This document shows, in pieces, positions 52,501-64,000 of a DNA stretch of 64,000 nucleotides. A model generated the notes under the pieces. The model made no database searches, was not told the DNA's origin, and saw nothing but the letters and a program-made list of their open reading frames with translations. This stretch comes from Macrostomum lignano (Eukaryota), in NCBI GenBank assembly GCA_002269645.1, contig NIVC01000309.1, positions 372,001 to 436,000 on the forward strand, given 5' to 3'. The position numbers were made by a program, and so were the translations under genes. The first letter of the stretch is position 1, and each line of letters begins with the position of its first letter.

Positions 52501-55500
52501 TCGATTTTGTCGGCCGCCGGCGTCAGGTCGGCGCTGGTTGGCGGCAACTCCAAGTCGGCCAAGACCGTCACCTTCGATGCTATCGAGGTGGTGAGACGGT
52601 GAGTTTTGCTGGGTTGTAAAAATGACCGGCCGTTGATGTATGTACTACTGTAGCTATGACCTAGGCTAAGGCCGATCATATTCTAGCTATGACCTGGACT
52701 ATGACCGATCACTTACTAGCTATGACCTAGACTATGACCGATCACTTACTAGCTATGACCTAGACTATGACCGATCATTTACTTGCTATGACCTAGACTA
52801 TGACCGATCACTTACTAGCTATGACCAAGACTATGACCGATCATTTACTAGTTATGACCGATCATATACTAGCTATGACCAATCACATTCTAGCTATGAC
52901 AGATAATATACTAGCTATGAACGATCACATACTAGCTATTACTGATCATATACTAGCTATGACCTATCACATGACACATGCTAGCTATGACCGATCATAA
53001 ACTAGCTATGACCTAGACTATGACCGATCTTTTACTAGCTATGACCTAGACATTGACCGATCACTTACTAGCGATCACTTCAGTTCGCACCTAAACTATG
53101 ACCGATTTTTGAATGGCCATGACCAAGACATTGACCGATCACTTACTAGCTATGACCTAGAATATGACCGATCATTTACTTGCTATGACCTAGACTATGA
53201 CCGATCATTTACTTGCTATGACCTAGACTGTGACCGATCATTTACTAGTTATGACCGATCATATACTATACTAGCTATGAGTCTATGACCGATCATATAC
53301 TAGATATGACCGATCGCATGCTAGCTATGACCGATCATTTACTAGCTATGACCTAGACTATGACCGATCACTTACAAGCTATGACCTAGACTACGACCGA
53401 TCACTCACTAGCTATGACCTATTATATACTAGATATGACCTTGGCTATGACCAATTATACTGGCTATTACCCCTACCATATACTAGCTATAAACGGCAAT
53501 GCAATGAGTAGCTAAATAAATATTGAGCTTAGCGATTCCTACTAGCCAATGACCAACTGGTACCAAAACTTACTAAATATTCTACTATAAAATCTCATGA
53601 TTTAGTGGAATCCACGTATCCGAAATACTCAGCCTTTGCTTGTTCTCATCGTTGCTTTATGCCAGTGGCCAAGATTTTTTATGGACCAAATTTATGACGC
53701 ATGGCGCATAATCACATAGTTTCTCACGGAAATTTGTACAGGAGTTTTGCTATGAATAACAGTTTTTGTATAGTTTGTTTGTATAGTTTGTATGTGAGTT
53801 GACTCTGCTATTGTTATTGCTATCAATGCTATTTTGTATTCTTGTGCTGGAATTTGGCACATTTTGCAACACTAGAATATAAGAGAATTGCTTGCTCAAA
53901 GCGCAGACCACAGAATGGAAAAGAACTAACATTATGACTAAGTTTTGGCCCCACCCAGCTGCTGGCCGCAAGCTGCCCTGCTCACAGGTTTTGTGTCTCT
54001 GAATTACTGGTCAGCTCTGCTCTTTATAGCTTGCTTCTGTACAGATGCCGACCTTAGCTGTTCCCTTTTTGAGCCTTTTCTGTTCAAACTTCTCCCTTGC
54101 TGCTAGACTCTCACTGTGTCCCTTGCTAGACTCTCACTGTCTCTCTTGCTGCTAGACTCTCACTGTCCCCCTTGCTGCTAGACTCTCACTGTCTCTCTTG
54201 CTGCTAGACTCTCACTGTCTCCCTTGCTGCTAGACTCTCACTGTCTCTCTTGCTGCTAGACTCTCACTGTCCCCCTTGCTGCTAGACTCTCACTGTCTCT
54301 CTTGCTGCTAGACTCTCACTGTCTCTCTTGCTGCTAGACTCTCACTGTCTCCCTTGCTGCTAGACTCTCACTGTCTCTCTTGCTGCTAGACTCTCACTGT
54401 CTCCCTTGCTGCTAGACTCTCACTGTCTCTCTTGCTGCTAGACTCTCACTGTCCCCCTTGCTGCTAGACTCTCACTGTCTCTCTTGCTGCTAGACTCTCA
54501 CTGTCTCCCTTGCTGCTAGACTCTCACTGTCTCTCTTGCTGCTAGACTCTCACTGTCTCCCTTGCTGCTAGACTCTCACTGTCTCTCTTGCTGCTAGACT
54601 CTCACTGTCCCCCTTGCTGCTAGACTCTCACTGTCTCTCTTGCTGCTAGACTCTCACTGTCTCCCTTGCTGCTAGACTCTCACTGTCTCTCTTGCTGCTA
54701 GACTCTCACTGTCCCCCTTGCTGCTAGACTCTCACTGTCCCCCTTGCTGCTAGACTCTCACTGTCTCTCTTGCTGCTAGACTCTCACTGTCTCCCTTGCT
54801 GCTAGACTCTCACTGTCTCTCTTGCTGCTAGACTCTCACTGTCTCCCTTGCTGCTAGACTCTCACTGTCTCCCTTGCTGCTAGACTCTCACTGTCTCCCT
54901 TGCTGCTAGACTCTCACTGTCTCCCTGGCTGCTAGACTCTCACTGTCTCCCTTGCTGCTAGACTCTCATTGTCTCCCTTGCTAGACTCTCACTGTGTCCC
55001 TTGCTGCTAGACTCTCACTGTCTCCCTTGCTGCTAGACTCTCACTGTCCCTGGTTTCGCTGGTTTCTCAGGCCAGTTCCTTGCCAGTGCAATAGCTTTTG
55101 GTGTTGGATTTCATTAGCTTATTTCTCTATTCAGTTCGCACTGCTGGCTAAGTGGCTGACCCAAGGTATGCTGAAACTCTCTGCTTTTTCTGTAGTGAGT
55201 TTTTGTTTAGTCTGTTTTATTTAATATGCGTAGAAGACTTGCGCCATTAGACCAGCTCTGGCAGTCTGGCTGTAAACAGAAAATTCTCTTCTCTCTCTTT
55301 CTAGTCTTGCCTCTTATTCTATTTATTTTATTTTTTCTTGGAGCCTGACCCAGCGCACAGTAAAGTCAATTGCATTGCATTTTATGAATCCAGCGCTTTG
55401 CTTCATTGCCACGCGTTTCGGGGTTTTAAAGGCTGCAAATAATTTTTTGAGTTAACCAGCAACGTCATAAACAATGGTTGGTACGCATTGTAAATAAGTT

Positions 55501-58500
55501 TCCTTAATTGTATTTTTACGATAAATATTTAAAACACTTGGATGTCGAAAAAAAGTTTATGCAGTCCAATAAAGGAATAATTGTATATAGTTAGTATCGA
55601 TTCGCATTGATTGATTGAGTGAAATTGACACTTCCAGAATTGACGAGCAGCAGCACAAGCGTCAGCAGCCGGTTCCCGATGCTGCGAGTTCCGATTCAGC
55701 TTCCGGTTCCACAACCGACGACTCCTCTGATTCCACCGCTGGCGGAGGCGACGCCAGTCAAAAGTTGTGCCTCACTGAGCAGCTTATTAAAGCCTGCGAC
55801 ACTTTTGCTACCTGGCACGAGGACTCAACTACCATTTCTGCTAGGGATTTGGTGAGCATAGTACTTGCGTCTGTGATGGAGTTCAGCTTATCCTTTTAGA
55901 TCTGTCTATGGCATTGAACTTGTTTTGGATCCTGAGACCCAATGGAATTCATGACTCATTGAGCTCTATGACCCAATGGCATTCATGACTCATTGAGATC
56001 GATGACCCAATGGCATTCACGACTCATTGAGATCTATGACCCAATGGCATTTATGACTCATTGAGATCTGTGACCCAATGGCATTCACGACTCATTGAGA
56101 TCTATGACCCCATGGAATTTATGACTCATTGAGATCTATGACCCAATGGAATTTATGACTCATTGAGATCTGTGACCCAATGGCATTCACGACTCATTGA
56201 GATCTATGACCCAATGGCATTTATGACTCATTGAGATCTATGACCCAATGGAATTTATGACTCATTGAGATCTGTGACCCAATGGCATTCACGACTCATT
56301 GAGATCTATGACCCAATGGCATTTATGACTCATTGAGATCTGTGACCCAATGGCATTTGGGACTCATTGCGATCTATGACCCAATGGCATTTATGACCCG
56401 TTGAGATCTATGACTGAATGGCATCTATGACCCATTGAGATCTATTACTTACTGTCAGAGCTGGCTTATTGTCCTCAAATTTCATACCGCAAACTCGCCT
56501 TTCTCACTGCACCAGAACGAAGCCCTCGCCGTCGTGAAGGCCGAATGGTTCCGTCTGTGCTGCAATCGGCCAGTAAACGAGGTGACCGACTTCATGGACC
56601 GCGTTGGGGCCAGGTCGACTCAACTGCTGGAGAAAATGGTCAACTTCTCTGACGAAAATGTGAGCAAGTTAACTCCTGTCTACCTTAGATCTCATCGCAT
56701 CGAAAATTCCACGAAATTGTTGCAATATCATCCAGTAATATTTGAAATCCCATCCAGTAATATTTGAAATCCCACCCAGTAATATTTGAAATCCCATCCA
56801 GTAGTAATTGAAATCCCATCCAGTAATAATTGAAATCCCACCCAGTAATAATTGAAATTCCACCCAGTAATAATTGAAATCCCACCCAGTAAGAATTGAA
56901 ATCCCATCCAGTAATAACTGAAATCCCATCCAGTAATATTTGAAATCCCACCCAGTAATAATTGAAATCCCACCCAGTAAGAATTGAAATCCCATCCAGT
57001 AATAACTGAAATCCCATCCAGTAATATTTGAAATCCCACCCAGTAATAATTGAAATTCCACCCAGTAATAATTGAAATCCCACCTAGTAATAATTGAAAT
57101 CCCATCCAGTAATAACTGAAATCCCATCCAGTAATATTTGAAATCCCACCCAGTAATATTTGAAATCCCATCCAGTAGTAATTGAAATCCCATCCAGTAA
57201 TAATTGAAATCCCACCCAGTAAGAATTGAAATCCCATCCAGTAATAACTGAAATCCCATCCAGTAATATTTGAAATCCCACCCAGTAATATTTGAAATCC
57301 CATCCAGTAGTAATTGAAATCCCATCCAGTAATAATTGAAATCGCATCCAGTAATATTTGAAATCCCATCCAGTAATATTTGAAATCCCATCCAGTAATA
57401 CTTGAAACCCCATCCATCCAGTAATAATTGAAATCCCATCCAGTAATATTTGAAATCCCATCCAGTAATAATTAAAATCCCATCCAGTAATATTTGAAAC
57501 CCCATCCATCCAGTAATAATTGAAATCCCATCCAGTAATATTTGAAATCCCATCCAGTAATATTTGAAATCCCATCCAGTAATAATTGAAATCCCATCCA
57601 GTAATATTTGAAATCCCATCCAGTAATACTTGAAACCCCATCCATCCAGTAATAATTGAAATCCCATCCAGTAATATTTGAAATCCCATCCAGTAATAAT
57701 TAAAATCCCATCCAGTAATATTTGAAACCCCATCCATCCAGTAATAATTGAAATCCCATCCAGTAATATTTGAAATCCCATCCAGTAATATTTGAAATCC
57801 CATCCAGTAATAATTGAAATCCCATCCAGTAATATTTGAAATCCCATCCAGTAATATTTGAAATCCCATCCAGTAACATTTGAAACCCCATCCAGTATTA
57901 CTTGAAACCCCATCCATCCAGTAATAATTGAAATCCCATCCAGTAATAATTGAAATCCCACCCAGTAACATTTAAAATCCCATCCAGTAATATTTGAAAT
58001 CCCATCCAATAATAATTGAAATCCCATCCAGTAATATTTGAAATCCCATCCAGTAATAATTGAAATCCCATCCAGTAATATTTGAAATCCCATCCAGTAA
58101 TAATTGAAATCCCATCCAGTAATAATTGAAATCCCATCCAGTAACATTTAAAATCCCATCCAGTAATATTTGAAATCCCATCCAGTAATATTTGAAATCC
58201 CATCCAGTAACATTTGAAACCCCATCCAGTAATACTTGAAACCCCATCCATCCAGTAATAATTGAAATCCCATCCAGTAACATTTAAAATCCCATCCAGT
58301 AATATTTGAAATCCCATCCAGTAATAATTAAAATCCCATCCAGTAACATTTGAAATCCCACCCAGTAATAATTGAAATCCCATCCAGTAATAACTGAAAT
58401 CCCATCCAGTAATATTTTAAATACCATCCAGTAATATTTGAAGTACCATCAAGTAATAATTGAAATCCCACCCAGTAATAATTGAAATCCCACCCAGTAA

Positions 58501-59678
58501 TAATTGAAATCCCATCCAGTAATAATTGAAATCCCACCCAGTAATATTTGAAATCCCATCCAGTAATAATTGAAATCCCACCCAGTAATAATTGAAATCC
58601 CACCCAGTAATAATTGAAATCCCATCCAGTAATATTTGAAATCCCATCCAGTAATAATTAAAATCCCACCCAGTAATATTTGAAATCCCATCCAGTAATA
58701 ATTGAAATCCCACCCAGTAATAATTGAAATCCCACCCAGTAATAATTGAAATCCCATCCAGTAATAATTGAAATCCCACCCAGTAATATTTGAAATCCCA
58801 TCCAGTAATAATTGAAATCCCATCCAGTAATAATTGAAATCCCACCCAGTAATAATTGAAATCCCATCCAGTAATATTGAAATCCTATCCAGTAATAATT
58901 GAAATCCCACCCAGTAATAATTGAGATCCCATCCAGTAATAATTAAAATCCCATCCAGTAATAATTGAAATCCCACCCAGTAACATTTGAAATCCCATCC
59001 AGTAATAACTGAGATCCCATCACCTCCCATCTTTCAACGCTTTTGATTAGGACCTAAATCTCACTCTCTAATCCTACCAGAATTCCCTAAATCCCATTGC
59101 AAATCCCTTCAGGGCAACACGAGCCTGCACTACGCGGTCAGCCAGTCCAACTGGGCCCTGGTCCGAGCTTTGCTCTCCAGCGGCCTGATCCGAGTGGCCG
59201 ACCTCACCAACAAGTCGGGCTACTCTGCCCCAATGCTAGTCGGCCTGTGCCGCCTACCCTCGTCAACATTGGACTCGAATGGCGAAGCTGAAGACTCGCG
59301 CAGTGCGGCCAGAGACCTGCTGGCCTCGGCTGGCGACATCAACGCCAAATCGGTGCGAGCGGCCGGACGGCGCTGATGCTGGCAGCCGGACACGGCCGGT
59401 TGGAGTCGCTGCGACTGCTGCTGCAGCTGGGCGCCGATCCCAATCTGCAAGATGATGAAGGATTCACAGCGCTGATGCTGGCAGCTGAGCAGGGTCATCT
59501 GGACTGCGTCCGGGCTCTGCTGGCTCATCCCAATCTGGATGTGGAGCTGCAGAACAACGAAGGTGTCACTGCGTTGAGCCTGGCTTTGGACAGCGGGCAT
59601 CGGGACGCCGCGCTGCAGATCTACGCCAGGGCCAAGCTGGGCGGCCGGGCTGGCAACTTCGGTGTAAGCTGCTGCTGA
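46564..59678 (+). CDS. KANK: KN motif and ankyrin repeat domain protein (KANK / VAB-19 family)
   Basis: Exons 46564-49176, 51964-52598, 55638-55851, 56516-56659 and 59113-59678, phase-consistent. KN motif [18 protein letters not shown], coiled coils, Pro-rich linker, pre-ankyrin KAEWFRLCC...MVNFSDEN|[55 protein letters not shown]. There is a 1-nt frameshift at about 59360. Confidence 0.92.
49290..51915. repeat. Intronic 30-34 bp minisatellite GTCAGTCTGTAATTGTCTGTCAGTTAGGCCAACA, about 75-80 copies, with a 690-bp higher-order duplication
   Basis: Direct inspection; variant CCGATAGGTCAACAGTCGGT at 49771 and 50461. Confidence 0.95.
52650..53460. repeat. Intronic ~33-bp minisatellite CTAGCTATGACCTAGACTATGACCGATCACTTA (degenerate)
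   Basis: Direct inspection; KANK intron 2. Confidence 0.9.
54105..55035. repeat. Intronic 26-bp minisatellite GCTAGACTCTCACTGTCTCCCTTGCT
   Basis: Direct inspection; KANK intron 2. Confidence 0.95.
55932..56440. repeat. Intronic 34-bp minisatellite GACCCAATGGCATTTATGACTCATTGAGATCTAT
   Basis: Direct inspection; KANK intron 3. Confidence 0.95.
56728..59020. repeat. Intronic 22-bp minisatellite GAAATCCCATCCAGTAAT(ATTT/AATT), about 100 copies
   Basis: Direct inspection; KANK intron 4. Confidence 0.95.
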
Positions 59679-59809
59679 TTGACATGCGTTTGGGTGGGGA
59701 TTGCCACTTCTTGTACTGGGTGTTGGTGAGCGCAAGTGTGAATGCTTGAATGTAAAACTGTGAATGAATAAGGAGTAGTAGGAATAGGTAAATGGAAATG
59801 TTAATAAGT

Positions 59810-60658
59810 GAGTGGGAGTGTGAATGGGTGAGTGGGAGTGTGAATGGGTGAGTGGGAGTGTGAATGGGTGAGTGGGAGTGTGAATGGGTGAGTGGGAGTG
59901 TGAATGGGTAAGTGGAAATGTGAATGAGTAAGTGGGAGTGTGAATGGGTGAGTGGGAGTATGAATGGGTGAGTGGGAGTGTGAATGGGTGAGTGGGAGTG
60001 TGAATGGGTGAGTGGGAGTATGAATGGGTGAGTGGGAGTATGAATGGGTGAGTGGGAGTGTGAATGGGTGAGTGGGAGTATGAATGGGTGAGTGGGAGTG
60101 TGAATGGGTAAGTGGAAATGTGAATGAGTAAGTGGGAGTGTGAATGGGTGAGTGGGAGTGTGAATGGGTGAGTGGGAGTATGAATGGGTGAGTGGGAGTA
60201 TGAATGGGTGAGTGGGAGTGTGAATGGGTGAGTGGGAGTATGAATGGGTGAGTGGGAGTATGAATGGGTGAGTGGGAGTGTGAATGGGTAAGTGGAAATG
60301 TGAATGAGTAAGTGGGAGTATGAATGGGTGAGTGGGAGTATGAATGGGTGAGTGGGAGTATGAATGGGTGAGTGGGAGTATGAATGGGTGAGTGGGAGTG
60401 TGAATGGGTGAGTGGGAGTGTGAATGGGTGAGTGGGAGTGTGAATGGGTGAGTGGGACTGTGAATGGGTGAGTGGGAGTGTGAATGGGTGAGTGGGACTG
60501 TGAATGAGTGAGTGGGACTGTGAATGGGTGAGTGGGAGTGTGAATAGGTGAGTGGGAGTGTGAATAGGTGAGTGGGGGTGTGAATGGGTGAGTGAGAGTG
60601 TGAATGGGTGAGTGAGAGTGTGAATGGGTGAGTGGGAGTGTGAATGGGTTAGTGGGAG
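59810..60658. repeat. 20-bp minisatellite GTGGGAGTGTGAATGGGTGA downstream of the KANK stop
   Basis: Direct inspection; followed by AATAAA at 60660 and 60757. Confidence 0.95.
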
Positions 60659-60799
60659 TAATAAATGGATTAAACTGGCAAGAAGTGTTACTGAGTGCAC
60701 ATGAATAGATTTTTGCAAAAACATTCTTTATTTACAAAATTTTTGCCATATTCAGCAATAAATGGATTGTGCACTTCATTTTATAGTACTCGTAGGCTG

Positions 60800-60850
60800 A
60801 CAGCTGATTGGGCGTGTGGTTTCCATAGTAACCGGTCGAAAATGGCTACT
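60800..60850 (+). promoter_or_regulatory. Candidate promoter with inverted CCAAT, RFX X-box and YY1-like motif
   Basis: CTGATTGG at 60804-60811, GTTTCCATAGTAAC at 60819-60832 (fits X-box GTN(R/Y)CCATRGYAAC), AAAATGGC at 60839-60846. Confidence 0.5.
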
Positions 60851-61046
60851 TTGTTTGCCATGAATATTTGTCTAGTTTTCGTTGATTGTTCATCACAACT
60901 TTAATTGATTTGTTTTTGCCTTTTTAAAAAAATTTTTGCTCACCGTGAGACCCAACTCTACTACTCTGTTGCTCAAAACTGCGTCACCCATTTTTCACAG
61001 TCGGCAAACTCATTCGCCGAGCTCGAGGCTGAGTTAAACAGCCTCG

Positions 61047-62531
61047 ATGATGGACAGCTGGCGGCTGACGAACTCAGCAGGTGAGTACGGGGGTGTGCAG
61101 TTATTTAACTGTCTGTCTCCTATCTCGCTGTGAAATCTGAGAGCGTCTTGACTTTTTCCAAGCAAAGCCTGTCTGACTATGGGTATAGCATTTTCTATGC
61201 AAACAATGCCGCAAATCTGTGATCTGTGAGGTTTTTGAACTGGCGTGTATGTTTGTTCTTCTGTGTGAGAATCTGCATTACTTATAGTAGTTTAAAATAG
61301 TATAGTAGCAAGGCTTCAGTATCAAGTTTCGAGGTTTCTTGTCAATCTTATAAATCGACTATCTTTTTTATTCTGTTCTATTATTGATTTCGTCTCTCCA
61401 TCATCTCAGCTTCATCTCTCGCTCATCTCACGCTCTTCTCTCCCTCATCTTACGCTGTTCTCTCCCTCATCTCACGCTCTTCTCTCCCTCATCTTACGCT
61501 GTTCTCTCCCTCATCTCACGCTCTTCTCTCCCTCATCTTACGCTGTTCTCTCCCTCATCTCACGCTCTTCTCTCCCTCGTCAGTCGTCTCCATCATCTCA
61601 TTTTCGTCTCTCCCTCATCTCTCACCCTCGTCTTTTCTTTATAATCTCTGTCTCACCCTCCTGTCTCACCTACGTATCACCTCGACCTTTCTTTTTGCCT
61701 CTTATCTCTCCTTCTCTCCCCCTCTCGTCCCCCTTTCTCTCCCTCTTCCTCTACTCACCTGTCCAGCTTCACAAGCAGCAAGAGCAATCAGTCAAAACCC
61801 ACCCACACCACCCCCTCATTGCAGCCTCCTACTAATGGAAGAGTCCATTGAACAGCAACAGCAGTCTCGCAAATGCAGCACAAAATCAGCTGAATCAGTT
61901 GAAACAGAGGAAACCATTGAATTGGTAATTCAATTCAATTGTCACAAGTTTTAAATGAGATTGCTAAGAAAAAAAATAACCAAATAAACTTCAGCTAACA
62001 ATTAGAACTAACAGTGAATCATAAATCTGCATTTACTGTACGCGCAAATTAAAGATTGTCGGCAACACTGGAAGCGTCGCCCTTGCGGTTGAGTCGCCGC
62101 CTCTGAGCTCAACTGGATTGAGCAGTTTAATTCAACTGCTCATGCTGATCACCTGTATAGTGCTCACTGTGCTATTCAGCATTGAGGTCTTGCCAGCCAG
62201 TAAGATTGCTGAGCTCTCGGCTTCCCCATAACTTTTATTCCATTGTTTCCTAATCGGATTTTTCTGGTATTTAATAGCTGCTTTGTTCCCAACTGTGTTT
62301 GTCCACCGATATGGATCTGCGGGTATTTAGGCCGTGTGTTGTGCTTTCCTACTTTTCTTATAACAGCTAATTATGGATTGAGCACCCGTTTATACTTTTT
62401 TATTTATTATTTTTTGGTTGTTGGCAATCTTATCTATCACCTGTGTCCGTCTTGCTTATTATTTACCTTATTTCTTAAACATATCTTGTTGTGTATCTGG
62501 TTATTTATACTTTATGACCACATAAGCTTTA

Positions 62532-62574
<43 letters not shown>

Positions 62575-62577
62575 GCC

Positions 62578-62634
<57 letters not shown>

Positions 62635-62695
62635 GCCTGTCTGTCTGTCTGTCTGTCTGTCTGTCTGCCTGTCTGTCTGTCTGTCTGTCTGTCTA

Positions 62696-62754
<59 letters not shown>

Positions 62755-62819
62755 GCCTGTCTGTCTGTCTGTCTGTCTATCTGTCTGTCTGTCTGTCTGT
62801 CTGGCTGTCTGTTTTTCTC

Positions 62820-62857
<38 letters not shown>

Positions 62858-63458
62858 GGTCTGTCTGTCTCTGTTTTTCTGTCTGTCTGTCTGTCTATTT
62901 GTCTGCAGACCTGTATGCAGGCCTGTTGTGTGCGCATTTATGTTTAACATTTTAGTAAACTTTTACCTACCTATAAATGTCGTGGTGTGCTTATTGGTAT
63001 TGCATATATGCTGCTTGCTAGAAGCAGCTGTTTTAGTTTGCATTCGGCTGCTATAATTAGTATCTTGACTCTCGCATTTGCATTTTCAAGGTTATTCGCT
63101 CCTCAGTTTAGACTGATTGACGAACCGAAGGTAAAACTTGCGATATTAATTTGAGAGTTTTCTATTTTGGAAAATGAGATGCATGACTGAAACTCGGCTC
63201 GAACTAAAATCAGATTTTAAAGGCCTGAGTGAAAACAGAATTATATTTTTATCAAAGTCTTTACAAAGAATATCAGTTATTTAGTTGACTTAACATCGGT
63301 TAATTGTTGTTTGAATTCCCTTCCGGATTTATTGCTTACGTTTTCGAATTGCTTTTTTATTTAAATATTTCATTTTTCATAATTATTTCAGAAATACTTA
63401 AACTAATTGGAACTGCATTGCTTTTCAGGTCCGGTTCCACTCTGATGAATCGCAGTAA
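61047..63458 (+). CDS. Unassigned spliced gene encoding a probable membrane protein
   Basis: Phase-consistent exons 61047-61080, 61767-61924, 62055-62199 and 62278-62322 give MMDSWRLTNSA-ASQAARAISQNPPTPPPH...EEQQQ-like linker...IEL-IVGNTG...SSLIQLLMLITCIVLTVLFSIEVLPA-TALFPTVFVHRYGSA. Probable terminal exons are 63091-63130 (LFAPQFRLIDEPK) and 63429-63458 (VRFHSDESQ*). The exon(s) between 62322 and 63091 are unresolved. Confidence 0.5.
61405..61625. repeat. Intronic 22/24-bp pyrimidine-rich repeat CTCTCCCTCATCTCACGCTCTT
   Basis: Direct inspection. Confidence 0.85.
62531..62905. repeat. (CTGT)n microsatellite
   Basis: Direct inspection. Confidence 0.95.
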
Positions 63459-64000
63459 CTGAGGTGCGGGATGAGTGCGACACTCTAAGTAGTAGTATTT
63501 ATAACAGGCAGATTACAGCTGATAGCGGCATAGCGTTAACCTCTATTCAATTTCATAATTAGTGATTTCTGTCATTCCTTAATTTCGTTTGGCTCTACTT
63601 TAAAGCTTAATTATTTGGCTTACTGCCAATTTTGCTAATAATAAATGGGAAAATTGTTCTTTTGTGTGACCCTGACGAAAAAGTACTTTATCATTACCTC
63701 TTTTACATGTACTTTGTAATCTATTAGGAATGAACAGCTTTTGAGACAATTGTTAAGTTTCTTTTCCGTTTAGTGACCTCATTTTTTGTCAGCTCAAATT
63801 GTTTTTTCTTTGTTGTTTTTAGACACTTTTTTCTTTTTTAACGCGAAAATGTGATACATAGTACTAATATTAAGCAGAACATAAGTAGTGTGTTTAGCAA
63901 ACTACAATCATTTCTGTACCTGCTAGGCAAAACTTTTTCTTCTAAACTTGTCTACTGTAAGTAAAGCGAATAGCGTTTTTTTATTGTTTTGAAGAAGTCA

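Noticed and set aside
52650-53460. Nuclear-receptor response element array (TGACCT...TGACCG)
   Set aside because: The half-sites are 6 bp apart, outside the usual DR1-DR5 spacing, and the array is degenerate; chance is a sufficient explanation.
56669-59030. Overlapping hydrophobic W/Y/F-rich ORFs on the minus strand
   Set aside because: They are translations of the 22-bp array in KANK intron 4.

Overview
This is eukaryotic (animal) genomic DNA with spliced genes. GC-rich exons with poly-Gly/Ala/Gln/Pro runs and introns packed with 16-34 bp minisatellites resemble the flatworm Macrostomum lignano (inference, not verified). Five genes are recognisable and were rebuilt exon by exon from splice sites and reading-frame phase: an MTG8/ETO/nervy (CBFA2T-family) corepressor (+, 1181-6823), an OST-alpha/SLC51A-like transporter (-, 8284-11819), RAD51C (-, 13411-17364), PUM3/Puf-A (-, 23927-28395), a SEC23IP/DDHD2-type phospholipase A1 (-, 30699-36585), plus KANK (+, 46564-59678) as a sixth. 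Three further spliced genes are unassigned: a small single-pass membrane protein (+, 18925-20542 and beyond), a membrane protein behind an RFX X-box (+, 61047-63458), and a weak minus-strand model at 97-518. The most striking pattern is a compartmentalisation. In my models 20 of 21 introns longer than 400 bp contain their own private tandem array, often overlapping a splice site, with visible stages from 2 copies to about 100. The 10-kb intergenic block at 36.6-46.5 kb has no long arrays. It instead holds a LINE fragment, a decayed MULE transposon, several MITEs with 8-bp target-site duplications, and strong CpG depletion. Most long ORFs in the supplied track are artefacts of the arrays. No rRNA, true tRNA or CRISPR array was found.
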